Part shown: piece after piece, positions 29,770 through 39,114 of the stretch | Position numbering within the stretch: position 1 is the first letter of the stretch | Layout of the letters: the number at the start of each line of letters is the position of its first letter | Assembly: GCA_041690595.1 (NCBI GenBank) | Contig: JAWLHB010000053.1 | Location: 1 to 55,056 of the forward strand | Length of the DNA stretch: 55,056 nucleotides | Reading direction: 5' to 3' | Source of the DNA: Lentisphaeria bacterium | GTDB taxonomy: Bacteria > Verrucomicrobiota > Lentisphaeria > JABSQK01 > JAWLHB01 | Translations under genes and position numbers: made by a program | Notes under the pieces: generated by a model | Databases searched by the model: none | Told to the model about the DNA's origin: nothing | The model's input: the letters and a program-made list of their open reading frames with translations, nothing else

Positions 29770-31082
29770 AGCGCGATAGTGGCAGCATCTTGATCTTCAC
29801 CCTCTGGCTGGTCGCCGGCCTCGCCTCCGCCGCGCTCCTCTTCGGCCACAGCGCCATGCTCAACTATCGTCGCGAGGCCAACCGCGTCGCCGCTCTCCAG
29901 GCCGAATACGCCGTCGAAGGTGCCCTCCGCTACCTGCTTCAGGTCATCGCCACCGCGACACCCGGCGACATGCCCGATCCCACCAGCTTCACCGCCGAAG
30001 ACCTGCGCCTCGGCGACTGCCGGATCTGGTTCATCTCCCGTCCCGCCAACACCGACGCGTCGGAGCCGACTTTCGGCCTGATGGACGAGGCCGGCAGGCT
30101 CAATCTCAATACAGCCGAGCCCGAGATGCTCCAAGCCCTTTCCGGCATGAGCGAGGCCCTCGCCGGCGCCATCGTCGACTGGCGCGATGTCGACAGCGAC
30201 ATCTCCGAGAACGGCGCGGAGTCCGAGACCTATCTTGGCTTCGATCCGCCTTACCTCGCCAAGGATGCGCCATTCGAGACTGTCGGCGAGCTTGGCCTCC
30301 TCAATGGCGCCGAGCCGGACCTCCTGCGTGGGCGGGACCTCAATCGCAATGGCTTTCTCGAAGACTGGGAGAGGGATCTGGCCCAGGAAACCGGCGAGCG
30401 CTTTGCCGAGCTGCCCGACCTCGGCTTTCTTGACCTCTTCACGGTGGCCAGCCAGGAACCCAATACCTCCGCCGATGGCGAGCAGCGCCTGAACCTGAAT
30501 GCCACGGGAAGCGGCACCGCCACCGCCTTGGCCGAAATCGTCGGCGCGTCGCGCGCTGAAGGCATCGTGCAGAGCACCAGCCTGGGCACCCGCCAATTCC
30601 GTAGCGTGCTAGAGTTCTGCCTCGCCGCGGGGCTGTCGCAGAGTGAATCGGAGCAGGTGCTGGCGCGTTTCAGCACGACCGATGCCGCGATGGTGCAGGG
30701 GCTGGTCAATGTCAACACCGCCCCTGGCGCGGTCCTCGCCTCCCTGCCGGGTATCGGCGACGATCTGGCGGAACAGCTTGTTGCCTTCCGCGAAGCCAAT
30801 CCCGACAACCTCACCTCGCTCCTCTGGTTGACCGGCGCCATCGGCGAGGAAGCCGCCCTGGCCGCGGCCCCCTACGTCACCACGCGCAGCTGGCAGATCG
30901 TCGCCGATATCGTGGCGGTGGCGCCGCGCGGCAGAGCATTCTGCCGGGTGCGCTACACGATCGACACCACCTCGGGTGAGCCAGTCATCGTGGCGCGCCG
31001 GAATTTGACCCATCTCGGCTGGCCTCTTGGGGCCGCCTGGCGAGAGGAACTGGTGAACCAGCCTTGGGAGCAAGCGTTATGA
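29766..31082 (+). CDS. gspK: Minor pseudopilin GspK
   Basis: GSILIFTLW start, DEAGRLNLNTA, AIVDWRD, VNVNTAP, HhH-like LPGIG. Confidence 0.88.
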   Translation: MKRDSGSILIFTLWLVAGLASAALLFGHSAMLNYRREANRVAALQAEYAVEGALRYLLQVIATATPGDMPDPTSFTAEDLRLGDCRIWFISRPANTDASEPTFGLMDEAGRLNLNTAEPEMLQALSGMSEALAGAIVDWRDVDSDISENGAESETYLGFDPPYLAKDAPFETVGELGLLNGAEPDLLRGRDLNRNGFLEDWERDLAQETGERFAELPDLGFLDLFTVASQEPNTSADGEQRLNLNATGSGTATALAEIVGASRAEGIVQSTSLGTRQFRSVLEFCLAAGLSQSESEQVLARFSTTDAAMVQGLVNVNTAPGAVLASLPGIGDDLAEQLVAFREANPDNLTSLLWLTGAIGEEAALAAAPYVTTRSWQIVADIVAVAPRGRAFCRVRYTIDTTSGEPVIVARRNLTHLGWPLGAAWREELVNQPWEQAL

Positions 31083-32464
31083 GCATGAGCAAGAGCACCG
31101 CCATCGTCGCCATCTGCCTGGACGAAGGGCAGTTTGGCGCCGTGCTGCTGAATGGCGGTTCACCACGGCAGGTGCAGGGACCGCTGTCGATGGATCCCCT
31201 CGCCGATGAACCTGCCCTTGTCGCCCAGGAATTGCGCGAGCAGTTGGCACCCCTGGGAAGGCTGCCGCGCCAGGTCGTCGTCGCTCTGCCCCTCAACCGC
31301 ATCATGACCACCTCCATCGACATCCCGGCGATTGCCGATGAACTGGTCAGCGACTTCCTCCACCTGCAGGCCGAGCAGGCATTCATGCTGGCGCCCGCTG
31401 ACATGGCCTTTGGCGCCAGCCGCGCCCGCGGCAGCGACCGCGCCCTGCTGATGGCCCTGCCCATGGCGCACTACCTCAACCTCTGCCGCGCCCTGCGCCT
31501 GATGGGCTGGAAACGGCCTATCGTGACCGCGCTTCCCGTCACTCTTGCCGGCGGCGGCGAGGTGGGCAAGCTTCACGCCAGCCTCCTGATCGGCGCCCGC
31601 TGGATCGACTGGCTGGTTTGCCGTGAAGAGGCGATCATCCAGTTGCGGCGGGTCGCCGGCGCGATGCCGGATGCGACGCGACCCCAACCCGAAGTCGCGG
31701 CGGTGCCCGGCGAGCTTCGCCTCTCCCTTGGCCAATTGCCGGCTGCCGTGCGGAGGCAGCTCGATCAGATCGTCATTGTGGGCGCCAGAGACGCAGCCGC
31801 CAGGTTGCGCGATGACCTGCGCGGCGTCGGGCCCGCCGGCATCGAGTTCACGATCGAGGAGGCAGGCAGGGACGGCTCCCTGCTGACGCACGCCGCCGAG
31901 CATGCTGGGCGGCTGGCGCGCATGGGAGCCCTTGCCCTTACCCTCGCGCCCATACCTTCGGCCATCAAGCCGCGTGCATGGGGCCACTGGAACCGGCGCC
32001 AGTTGAGCTGGACCGCGGCCATTCTGCTGCTGCTGGCGGTCGGCGTTGCGGCACAACTCCTCTATCAGCGTCGGCAACTGAACGCACTCGAACGCTCCTG
32101 GCGCTCCATGGCGCCGCGGACGCAGGTCGTGCGCGATATCCTCGACGAAGCGCGAGCGCGCGAAGCCTGGTTGAGCGACGATCCACTCACCCTGGATATT
32201 CTGCGCACCGTGACCATGGCCTTCCCCGAGCAAGGCTCCGTCTGGACGACGCGTGTCGAGATGCGGGGCCGGCGCCAGGTCAGCATCTCCGGCAAAGCGC
32301 TCAACCGCGAGCCCTGGCTGAAGATGCTCGAAGATCTCCGCCGGAGTCCCGGGGTCACCGAGCTGCGTGTCTCCCAGGCCCGCGACGGCGGAGACAGCCG
32401 GACGCCCATGACCTTCGCCCTCAGCTTCATCTGGCAAAGGCCCGCCGCGGAGGTGACACGATGA
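31079..32464 (+). CDS. GspL-like (PilM/PilN-like) assembly platform protein
   Basis: Cytoplasmic domain, single TM and periplasmic ferredoxin-like part (VSISGKA). ATGA overlaps on both sides. Confidence 0.65.
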   Translation: MSMSKSTAIVAICLDEGQFGAVLLNGGSPRQVQGPLSMDPLADEPALVAQELREQLAPLGRLPRQVVVALPLNRIMTTSIDIPAIADELVSDFLHLQAEQAFMLAPADMAFGASRARGSDRALLMALPMAHYLNLCRALRLMGWKRPIVTALPVTLAGGGEVGKLHASLLIGARWIDWLVCREEAIIQLRRVAGAMPDATRPQPEVAAVPGELRLSLGQLPAAVRRQLDQIVIVGARDAAARLRDDLRGVGPAGIEFTIEEAGRDGSLLTHAAEHAGRLARMGALALTLAPIPSAIKPRAWGHWNRRQLSWTAAILLLLAVGVAAQLLYQRRQLNALERSWRSMAPRTQVVRDILDEARAREAWLSDDPLTLDILRTVTMAFPEQGSVWTTRVEMRGRRQVSISGKALNREPWLKMLEDLRRSPGVTELRVSQARDGGDSRTPMTFALSFIWQRPAAEVTR

Positions 32465-33015
32465 CCTTCAAGGGCATGGAAACCCGAAAGCTTCTGTTGA
32501 TCGCCTCCCTGGCCCTGCTGGCCCTACTGGTGCTCGATCGCCTCGTGGTCTCGCCCCTTCTGGCCGGCTGGCGGGAGCGGCAGGAGCGCATCGCGGAGCT
32601 GCGTATCCAACTGGCCCAGGCGGACAATCTCCTCGGCCAGGAGAGCCGCTGGCTGCGCTGGCGCGAAGAAGCCGCCGAACGTCTCCTGCCCGTCAATCAG
32701 GCCGACGCCGAGAATCAACTTCTGGGTCTGGTCGATGGATGGGCGCGCGAGGCCGGGCTCAAGGTCACCTCCCTGCGCCCCCTCTGGAAGGAAACGCCCG
32801 CGAAGCGTCTCCTGCTTGAATTGCAGATCAGCGGAAGCGGCAACATGGCCTCCCTTACCCGATTCCTCCATGCCATCGAGACCGGCCACACCGCCATTGC
32901 CGTTGAGCAGCTCGACCTTTCCGCCCAGGATCAGGATGGCCGCGAACTCGGCCTGAACATGAGGGTGAGTGGCCTGTGCCGTGACTCAGCCGTCAGAACG
33001 GGAGCAGGACGATGA
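32461..33015 (+). CDS. GspM/PilO-like protein
   Basis: MTFKGM start, N-terminal TM, coiled coil, G..ASLTRFLHAIE motif. ATGA overlaps. Confidence 0.7.
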   Translation: MTFKGMETRKLLLIASLALLALLVLDRLVVSPLLAGWRERQERIAELRIQLAQADNLLGQESRWLRWREEAAERLLPVNQADAENQLLGLVDGWAREAGLKVTSLRPLWKETPAKRLLLELQISGSGNMASLTRFLHAIETGHTAIAVEQLDLSAQDQDGRELGLNMRVSGLCRDSAVRTGAGR

Positions 33016-33569
33016 AGCAGTCCATGATACTTCTCTGGTTGATCGCCGCCGTCGTGGCTCCCGCTGCCGAGGACGGCTTCAGCGCCTACAAGGTGCTGAG
33101 CGAACGCAACATCTTCAGCCCGACTCGTGGTACGCCTGTGGAAGAGCGCGAGGAACAGACCCCAGAGGCGCCCGTCGTTCTCCTTGACGCCATCAAGCTC
33201 CTCGGCGTGGTGGTGGTCGATGGGCTCCCGACCGCCTTTTTCGCCGGCAACGTGGAAGGAGTTTCCGGCATGCGCCAGCTGGGAGATCGCCTCGCGGGGC
33301 TGGAGGTGAAGACCATCGCCACCACCGGAGTCCTCCTGGCGGGCGAGCAGGGCGAGCTGAAGCTCGCGGTGGGAAGCGCCATGACGCGCCGGGGCGACGA
33401 AGAGTGGCAGATCGCCGCCGAAGCGCCCCCCATCCCGGGATACAACCCTTCATCCTCACCAGTATCCACATCCTCTTCATCACCGCCGGAGGCCTCCTCA
33501 TCGGGTGGGAGTGCCAGCGATATACTCAAACGTCTGAGAGAACGTCGTCAACAGGAGTTGAAACAATGA
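33012..33569 (+). CDS. Exported protein, GspC/PilP HR-domain-like
   Basis: Signal peptide, RNIFSP, IKLLGVVV..., Ser-rich tail and C-terminal ILKRLRERRQQE. Lies immediately upstream of the secretin genes. Confidence 0.55.
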   Translation: MKQSMILLWLIAAVVAPAAEDGFSAYKVLSERNIFSPTRGTPVEEREEQTPEAPVVLLDAIKLLGVVVVDGLPTAFFAGNVEGVSGMRQLGDRLAGLEVKTIATTGVLLAGEQGELKLAVGSAMTRRGDEEWQIAAEAPPIPGYNPSSSPVSTSSSSPPEASSSGGSASDILKRLRERRQQELKQ

Positions 33570-35023
33570 GCTTACCAATGATAGCATGGCGCCGGAAGGT
33601 GGCCCTGATTGCCGGCCTCCTGGCGACCCCGATGATCGTGTGGGCGCAAGAGGCCGATTCACCTCCCCCCGATCCCAGTCGACAGGAGGTGCAACTGCAA
33701 CTCAACTTCCGCGGCGTTTCCCTCGATACCGTCCTCGACTATCTGAGCCAGGCCGCCGGCTTCGTCATCACGCGAGACGAACCTGTCGAGGGCACCGTCG
33801 ACATTATCAGTCATCATCCCCTCAACCGCGACGAGGCCGTCGAACTGCTCCACACCGTTCTCAACGACAAAGGCTACGCCCTGCTGCGGACGGGCCGTTT
33901 CCTGCGCATCGTCAAGCGGGAAGATGCCCGGACCCGCGACCTTCCCGTCATCTCCGGCAGCGACCCAGCGGCGGTGCCCAGGAGTGGCGAGATGGTGACC
34001 CAGATCGTCCCCGTACGTCATACCAACGCCGCCAAACTGATTGACACCCTCAAGCCATTGATGCCCACCGGCACCGTGATCACTGCCAACGAAGACAGCA
34101 ACTCACTCGTCATTACCGACACCCAGACCAGCATCAACCGGATCATGCAGATTATTCAGGCCCTCGACACCGCCGTTTCGAGCATTCTGGATATTGCCGT
34201 CATTCCCCTACGGTACGCGGATGCGCAGGAGACGGCGGATGTCATCAACAAGGTCTATGAGACCCCGACTCAGAGAAATGCCGCCGCGCAGAGCGCCAAC
34301 AACCGGCGCGCCAGCATGATAGCACGTTTTCGCGGTGGCGATATGCCGGAGGCCGATGCTAACACCAACGAGGTGAAACAGACCTCCAGCTACATTCGCG
34401 CCGTGGCGGATCAGCGGGGCAATGCGGTGGTGGTCACCGCCCCCGCCGAGTCGATCCCCCAGATCCGCCAACTGGTCCTGCAACTCGATACCGCCAGTGA
34501 AGCCTTCAGCACCCTGCAGGTCTTCCAGCTGCAATTTGCCGATGCCGTGGAGATCGCCAATGTCCTCGCCGGTCTCTATCCTGACCCGACCACAAGCCGC
34601 AATCAGACTGCCTCGTCCCGCTTTGGCCGCCGCGGTTTCCCCCAGCCACAACCGCAGACCGAGAGTGCCGGAGAGAGCCGGCGCCAACTGGCGGAGGCCA
34701 AGGTCATGGCCGTCGCCGATACCCGCACCAACTCCGTCATCGTCAGCGCCTCTCCCTCCACCATGGTCGAGATCGAAACGATGATTGTGGCCCTCGACGC
34801 CACACCGCAAAACCTCCCCACCGTCTTCATCTACCAACTGGAAAACGCCGATCTGCAGACGACCAAGAGCATTCTGGACAGCATGTTCTCCGACCTGGAC
34901 GGCAGCAACTCGACCAACCGTTCGACCACGACCCGCGCCACGGGCGCCACCACCACCACGGGTGGACGGACAACTCAATCCGGTGCCGGCACCGGTAACA
35001 CAAGTGGCGCCACCCGGCGCTGA
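33566..35023 (+). CDS. Secretin N-terminal half (N0 + three KH-like N domains + first half of a fourth), no beta-barrel domain
   Basis: Signal peptide (VWA|Q); N0 LNFRGVSLDTVLDYLS; repeats of [V.pL.yAdA...aD.rtNsviv...LD]. Ends after VFIYQLENADLQTTKSILDSMFS and a Thr/Gly tail. Confidence 0.85.
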   Translation: MSLPMIAWRRKVALIAGLLATPMIVWAQEADSPPPDPSRQEVQLQLNFRGVSLDTVLDYLSQAAGFVITRDEPVEGTVDIISHHPLNRDEAVELLHTVLNDKGYALLRTGRFLRIVKREDARTRDLPVISGSDPAAVPRSGEMVTQIVPVRHTNAAKLIDTLKPLMPTGTVITANEDSNSLVITDTQTSINRIMQIIQALDTAVSSILDIAVIPLRYADAQETADVINKVYETPTQRNAAAQSANNRRASMIARFRGGDMPEADANTNEVKQTSSYIRAVADQRGNAVVVTAPAESIPQIRQLVLQLDTASEAFSTLQVFQLQFADAVEIANVLAGLYPDPTTSRNQTASSRFGRRGFPQPQPQTESAGESRRQLAEAKVMAVADTRTNSVIVSASPSTMVEIETMIVALDATPQNLPTVFIYQLENADLQTTKSILDSMFSDLDGSNSTNRSTTTRATGATTTTGGRTTQSGAGTGNTSGATRR

Positions 35024-35036
35024 AAGGGGGATCCGC

Positions 35037-36149
35037 ATGAAAATCTGGTTGTCTGTCATCTGTCTATTCCTGATCTTTGGTCTCGTTACGAGCGGCCAGG
35101 ATGACATGGACGCCGTGCCCGGTGATGAGCCTGGCCGCTTCGTCACCGGCCGTGCCGACGCCGCGGGAATCGCCGAGCCTGTCGCCGACGAACGCCTCAC
35201 CAGCCGCAGCAAGCGGCAGCTTCATGTCGAGGTCGATGAGGGGACCCGCACCATGATCATCACGACGGATCCCACCACCAACCTGCAGGTGCGAGACATC
35301 ATCCGGGCGCTCGACAAGCCCGTCCCGCAGGCGCTCATCAAGGTGCTCTTTCTGGAAGTAACGCACAACGACGATATGGACATTGGTGTCGATGCCAGGT
35401 ATACCGGCAACCGCTCCATCATCTCCTCCATCTTCGGCGTCGGCGCCGAGACTCAGGGCGGCATCGTCAGTATCCTCCAGACCGATCTCGAAGTGACCAT
35501 GAGGGCGCTCGCGGAGGTGGGCAGGCTCAATGTCCTCTCCCGTCCCTCCATCCTGACGCGAAACAACCAGGAGGCCACGATCACCATCGGGCAGGAGGTC
35601 CCCTTCATCCGCAACAGCCGCATCACTCAGGACGGCCAGATCATCAACACGGTCGAGTACGAGGATATCGGTATCATCCTTACCGTCACCCCCAGAATCG
35701 GCGTCGATGGTTTGATCGAACTCGATGTCGCGCCGGAGATCTCCACCCTGACCGGGCAGACCGTCCCCATCTCCGGCACCGTCAACGCCCCCGTCTTTGC
35801 CAAACGTTCCGCGCAGACCCATGTCATTGTCCCCAGCGGTAAGACCGTTGTCATCGGCGGCTTGATGGAAGACCAGGAGACGGTTAATGTCCGCAAGGTA
35901 CCCATACTTGGCGACATACCGGGTCTTGGCGTTCTCTTTCGACGAAAAATCACCACCAAGCAGAAGACCGAGTTGCTGATCTTTCTTACCCCCACTATCG
36001 TGACCGATGGCGCACACCTCGTACGGATGAGTGATGACGAAAGCAGTCGCGCCACCCTTATGCGTCAGCAGGATGAGAAGAGATTGGACTTCTACATGGA
36101 CAGAGAACCCTCAGCGGCGGCGGATCTCGCGCCTTCAGGCACTCCATGA
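35037..36149 (+). CDS. gspD: Secretin C-terminal half (second half of last N domain + secretin barrel), GspD-like
   Basis: Own RBS (AAGGGGG) and signal peptide MKIWLSVICLFLIFGLVTSG. Motifs VDEGTRTMIITT...LDKPVPQALIKV, SRPSILTRNNQEATITIGQEVPF, GKTVVIGGL, VPILGDIPGLGVLFR, ELLIFLTP. Confidence 0.88.
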   Translation: MKIWLSVICLFLIFGLVTSGQDDMDAVPGDEPGRFVTGRADAAGIAEPVADERLTSRSKRQLHVEVDEGTRTMIITTDPTTNLQVRDIIRALDKPVPQALIKVLFLEVTHNDDMDIGVDARYTGNRSIISSIFGVGAETQGGIVSILQTDLEVTMRALAEVGRLNVLSRPSILTRNNQEATITIGQEVPFIRNSRITQDGQIINTVEYEDIGIILTVTPRIGVDGLIELDVAPEISTLTGQTVPISGTVNAPVFAKRSAQTHVIVPSGKTVVIGGLMEDQETVNVRKVPILGDIPGLGVLFRRKITTKQKTELLIFLTPTIVTDGAHLVRMSDDESSRATLMRQQDEKRLDFYMDREPSAAADLAPSGTP

Positions 36150-37648
36150 GGCTCAACCCCAGGCTGCTCTACCTGATCCTCGCGATTGTCTGGATCGCGA
36201 TTGTTGCCTGGCAGATTGTCGAGCACCGTCGCATGGATCGGGCGGTGCATGAGGCCCAGTTGAACCGCGCTCATGACATCGCGACCTCGTTGGCGGTCGT
36301 CATCCGGTCGCAGCGTCGCTTCGGGACGGTGCCGCGCAGTCGCCTGGTTTCGGCGCTGGAGGATCTGGCCAACTCCAGTGAGCTGCTTGGAATCGCCATG
36401 CTCAATCCCGCCGGCGAAGTCATTGCCTCCGGCGGACAGGGCATCGATGGTCCACTTGCCGATCTGGCCCCCGGCGACGTCAAGCGGGCCGACGGCCGCC
36501 TGATGGTGGCTTCCCTCGTCGAGCTTGGCGAGGAACGGATGCCCCGCGTCGGCCCCGGTGGTGACAGCGATGGCGAGAGAGTCGCCGAGGATGGCCGTCC
36601 CGCCACTGCCATCATCTGGTCGACCGAAGAACCCCCGCCGCGAGAACGGCCTGCCGGCGAAGACGCGGCGGAGTCAACCCTCTCGCCGGAAGAAGAACGG
36701 GCGCTGCGGCGTGCCCGTTGGGAACGAATGCGGCAGATGCACCCGCACTTCCAGTCCCCCGAACGCTACCAGGAGATGTACGAGCGCCAGGGGCTCCACA
36801 TGATGGTGCTGCTGATGGACATTCAACAGAACGAGAAGGTGCTGGCGCGCGACGGCTGGTTTCGCGCCATGTTGGCCGGCGTGGCGCTGCTGGCGGCCGG
36901 TGGTCTCGGTCTTGCCTGGAGCGGCGTCGCCCGTTCCTCCCAGTTGCAGATTCGCCTGGCACGGGCGCGCGCCCAGAACGCTTACCTTCGCGAGCTGAAC
37001 CTCGCCGCGGCAGGCCTGGCACACGAAACGCGAAATCCACTCAACATCGTGCGCAGCATCACCCAGATGACCGCCAGCGACGAGCAGGTCCCCCCGCGAG
37101 CCCGGGCTCAACTGGGCAGGACCCTCGAAGAGGTCGACCGCATCACCGCCCGGCTCAATGAGTTCATCGACTATTCGCGCCCTCGTGAGCCACACCTGTC
37201 CCCGGTGAAGGTTACCGATCTGGCACGCGATGTCGCCCGCACCCTCGAGACCGACTTCGAGGACAAACGCATCACCTTCACCTGCGACGACAGCGCCGTC
37301 GAGGTGCTCGCCGACCCTGAAATGCTGCGCCAGGTGGTCTTCAACCTCCTGCTCAACAGTTCACAGGCTGTCGGTGAGGGCGGGCACATTGGCGTCGCCA
37401 TAAGCCAGGCCGGCTCCACCGTCGAGTTGGAGGTCGTCGATGATGGCCCCGGCGTTCCACCTGCCGCCCGCGAGGATATCTTCCGCCCGTACTTCACCCT
37501 CAGCGATCACGGCTCCGGCCTCGGCCTGGCCGTTGTCCGGCAGATTGTCCTGGCGCATGGATGGGAGATTTCCTGCGACGCCAATGGCGATGTCGGCAGC
37601 CGATTCCGTATCCGCGGTATCGAGTTGCCCGGGAGGGAACGCTCATGA
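36146..37648 (+). CDS. Membrane sensor histidine kinase (ZraS/PilS-like)
   Basis: Two TMs flanking a periplasmic region, H-box LAHETRNPL, N-box NLLLNS, DDGPG, GSGLGL. ATGA overlap with the secretin gene. Confidence 0.92.
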   Translation: MRLNPRLLYLILAIVWIAIVAWQIVEHRRMDRAVHEAQLNRAHDIATSLAVVIRSQRRFGTVPRSRLVSALEDLANSSELLGIAMLNPAGEVIASGGQGIDGPLADLAPGDVKRADGRLMVASLVELGEERMPRVGPGGDSDGERVAEDGRPATAIIWSTEEPPPRERPAGEDAAESTLSPEEERALRRARWERMRQMHPHFQSPERYQEMYERQGLHMMVLLMDIQQNEKVLARDGWFRAMLAGVALLAAGGLGLAWSGVARSSQLQIRLARARAQNAYLRELNLAAAGLAHETRNPLNIVRSITQMTASDEQVPPRARAQLGRTLEEVDRITARLNEFIDYSRPREPHLSPVKVTDLARDVARTLETDFEDKRITFTCDDSAVEVLADPEMLRQVVFNLLLNSSQAVGEGGHIGVAISQAGSTVELEVVDDGPGVPPAAREDIFRPYFTLSDHGSGLGLAVVRQIVLAHGWEISCDANGDVGSRFRIRGIELPGRERS

Positions 37649-38994
37649 GTGATGATGGCCGATGGGTGCTGATCGTGGATGACGATGCCAGCCAGCGGGA
37701 ACTCCTGGCCGGATTTCTGGAACGGCGTGGTTTGCGGACCGTGACCGCCGGCTCCGGCGCCGATGCCCTGGCTCTCCTCGATTCCAAGGAGGTGGAGCTC
37801 CTCATCTCCGATGTGAGGATGCCCGGCATGAGCGGTATGGAACTGATGCGTCGCGTCCGCGATCGTCATGCCACGCTGCCCGTGCTGATGGTGACCGGCT
37901 ATGCCGATATCCGCGATGCGGTGACCGCCATGCGCGACGGCGCCCTCAACTACCTCGAGAAGCCGATCGACCTGGAGGAACTCGGTGCCGTGGTGGCCGG
38001 CGCTCTGGGGGAGCGGAGCCTCGACAAGCCCACTGAACCACCTGATATCGACCTGCCACCCGACGTGATTGCGGTAAGCCCCGCCATGCGCGATGCGCTG
38101 CGCGAGGCCGCCCTGGTTGCCCCCTACGATTCGCGCGTCTTGATCACCGGCGAAAGCGGCACCGGCAAGGAGGTCATCGCCAACCTCATCCACCGCTGGA
38201 GTCCCCGTCGCGACCGTCCGATGGTCTGCGTCAATTGCGCGGCCATTCCCGACCAGCTGCTGGAGAGTGAGCTGTTCGGTCATGAACGCGGAGCTTTCAC
38301 CGGCGCGGTCGAAGCAAGGGTGGGGCGCTTCGAGGAAGCGGATGGCGGCACCATTTTCCTTGACGAAATCGCCGAGATGCCCGCCGCCCTGCAGGCCAAA
38401 CTGCTGCGCGTCACCCACGATGGTACCTTTCAGCGGCTCGGCTCCAATCGTCAGCACAAGGTCGACATGCGCCTGCTGGCTGCCACCAATCGCGATCTCG
38501 AGCAGGAAGTCGCCAGTGGCCGCTTCCGCGAGGACCTCTTCTACCGGCTGAACGTCATCGAGATTCATCTGCCGCCATTGCGCGATCGAACGGCCGACAT
38601 TCTTCCGCTCGCCAACTACTTTGCCGCCAGGCACTCCGGCGGCCGCCATCGCCTTTCCCCCGGCGTGGCGACAAATCTGGCACTCCACGACTGGCCCGGC
38701 AACGTGCGGGAACTGCAGAACGCCATGGAGCGTGCGGTGCTCATGGCCCGCGGCGGCGTCATTCTTCCCGAACACCTGCCGCGTCGCATCGTTGAAGCCT
38801 TGGCCGGCCCGGACCAACCGGGCGCCGAATCCACGGGCAAGCTGCAGGAGGTGGAAGACATGGTCATCCTGCAGACGCTTCGCGCCAACCAGTACAATCG
38901 CACCGAGACCGCCAAGGCTCTCGGCATCAGCCGCCGTGCTCTCATCTACAAGCTGCGCCGCCTCGAAGAGGACGGTCATCCCATCAATCCCTGA
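37645..38994 (+). CDS. Sigma54-dependent response regulator (NtrC/ZraR/PilR family)
   Basis: Receiver LIVDDD...SDVRMP...KP; AAA+ GESGTGKE, ESELFGHERGAFTGA, WPGNVREL; Fis-type HTH. ATGA overlap with the kinase. Confidence 0.95.
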   Translation: MSDDGRWVLIVDDDASQRELLAGFLERRGLRTVTAGSGADALALLDSKEVELLISDVRMPGMSGMELMRRVRDRHATLPVLMVTGYADIRDAVTAMRDGALNYLEKPIDLEELGAVVAGALGERSLDKPTEPPDIDLPPDVIAVSPAMRDALREAALVAPYDSRVLITGESGTGKEVIANLIHRWSPRRDRPMVCVNCAAIPDQLLESELFGHERGAFTGAVEARVGRFEEADGGTIFLDEIAEMPAALQAKLLRVTHDGTFQRLGSNRQHKVDMRLLAATNRDLEQEVASGRFREDLFYRLNVIEIHLPPLRDRTADILPLANYFAARHSGGRHRLSPGVATNLALHDWPGNVRELQNAMERAVLMARGGVILPEHLPRRIVEALAGPDQPGAESTGKLQEVEDMVILQTLRANQYNRTETAKALGISRRALIYKLRRLEEDGHPINP

Positions 38995-39114
38995 TCTCCC
39001 TACGGCGCTCTTGCCGCGGCGGAAAAGATGGCTTCCCGGTTGACGTTCGGCGGCATGACGGGTAGCTGTATACGACTGGTTTTTCGGGGATAATCAAGGA
39101 GGGGGAGGCGTGTC

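Noticed and set aside
33566..36149. Secretin pseudogene caused by a frameshift
   Set aside because: The second ORF has its own RBS and signal peptide, both halves look intact, and the break lies in a naturally flexible loop. Read-level confirmation is still needed.
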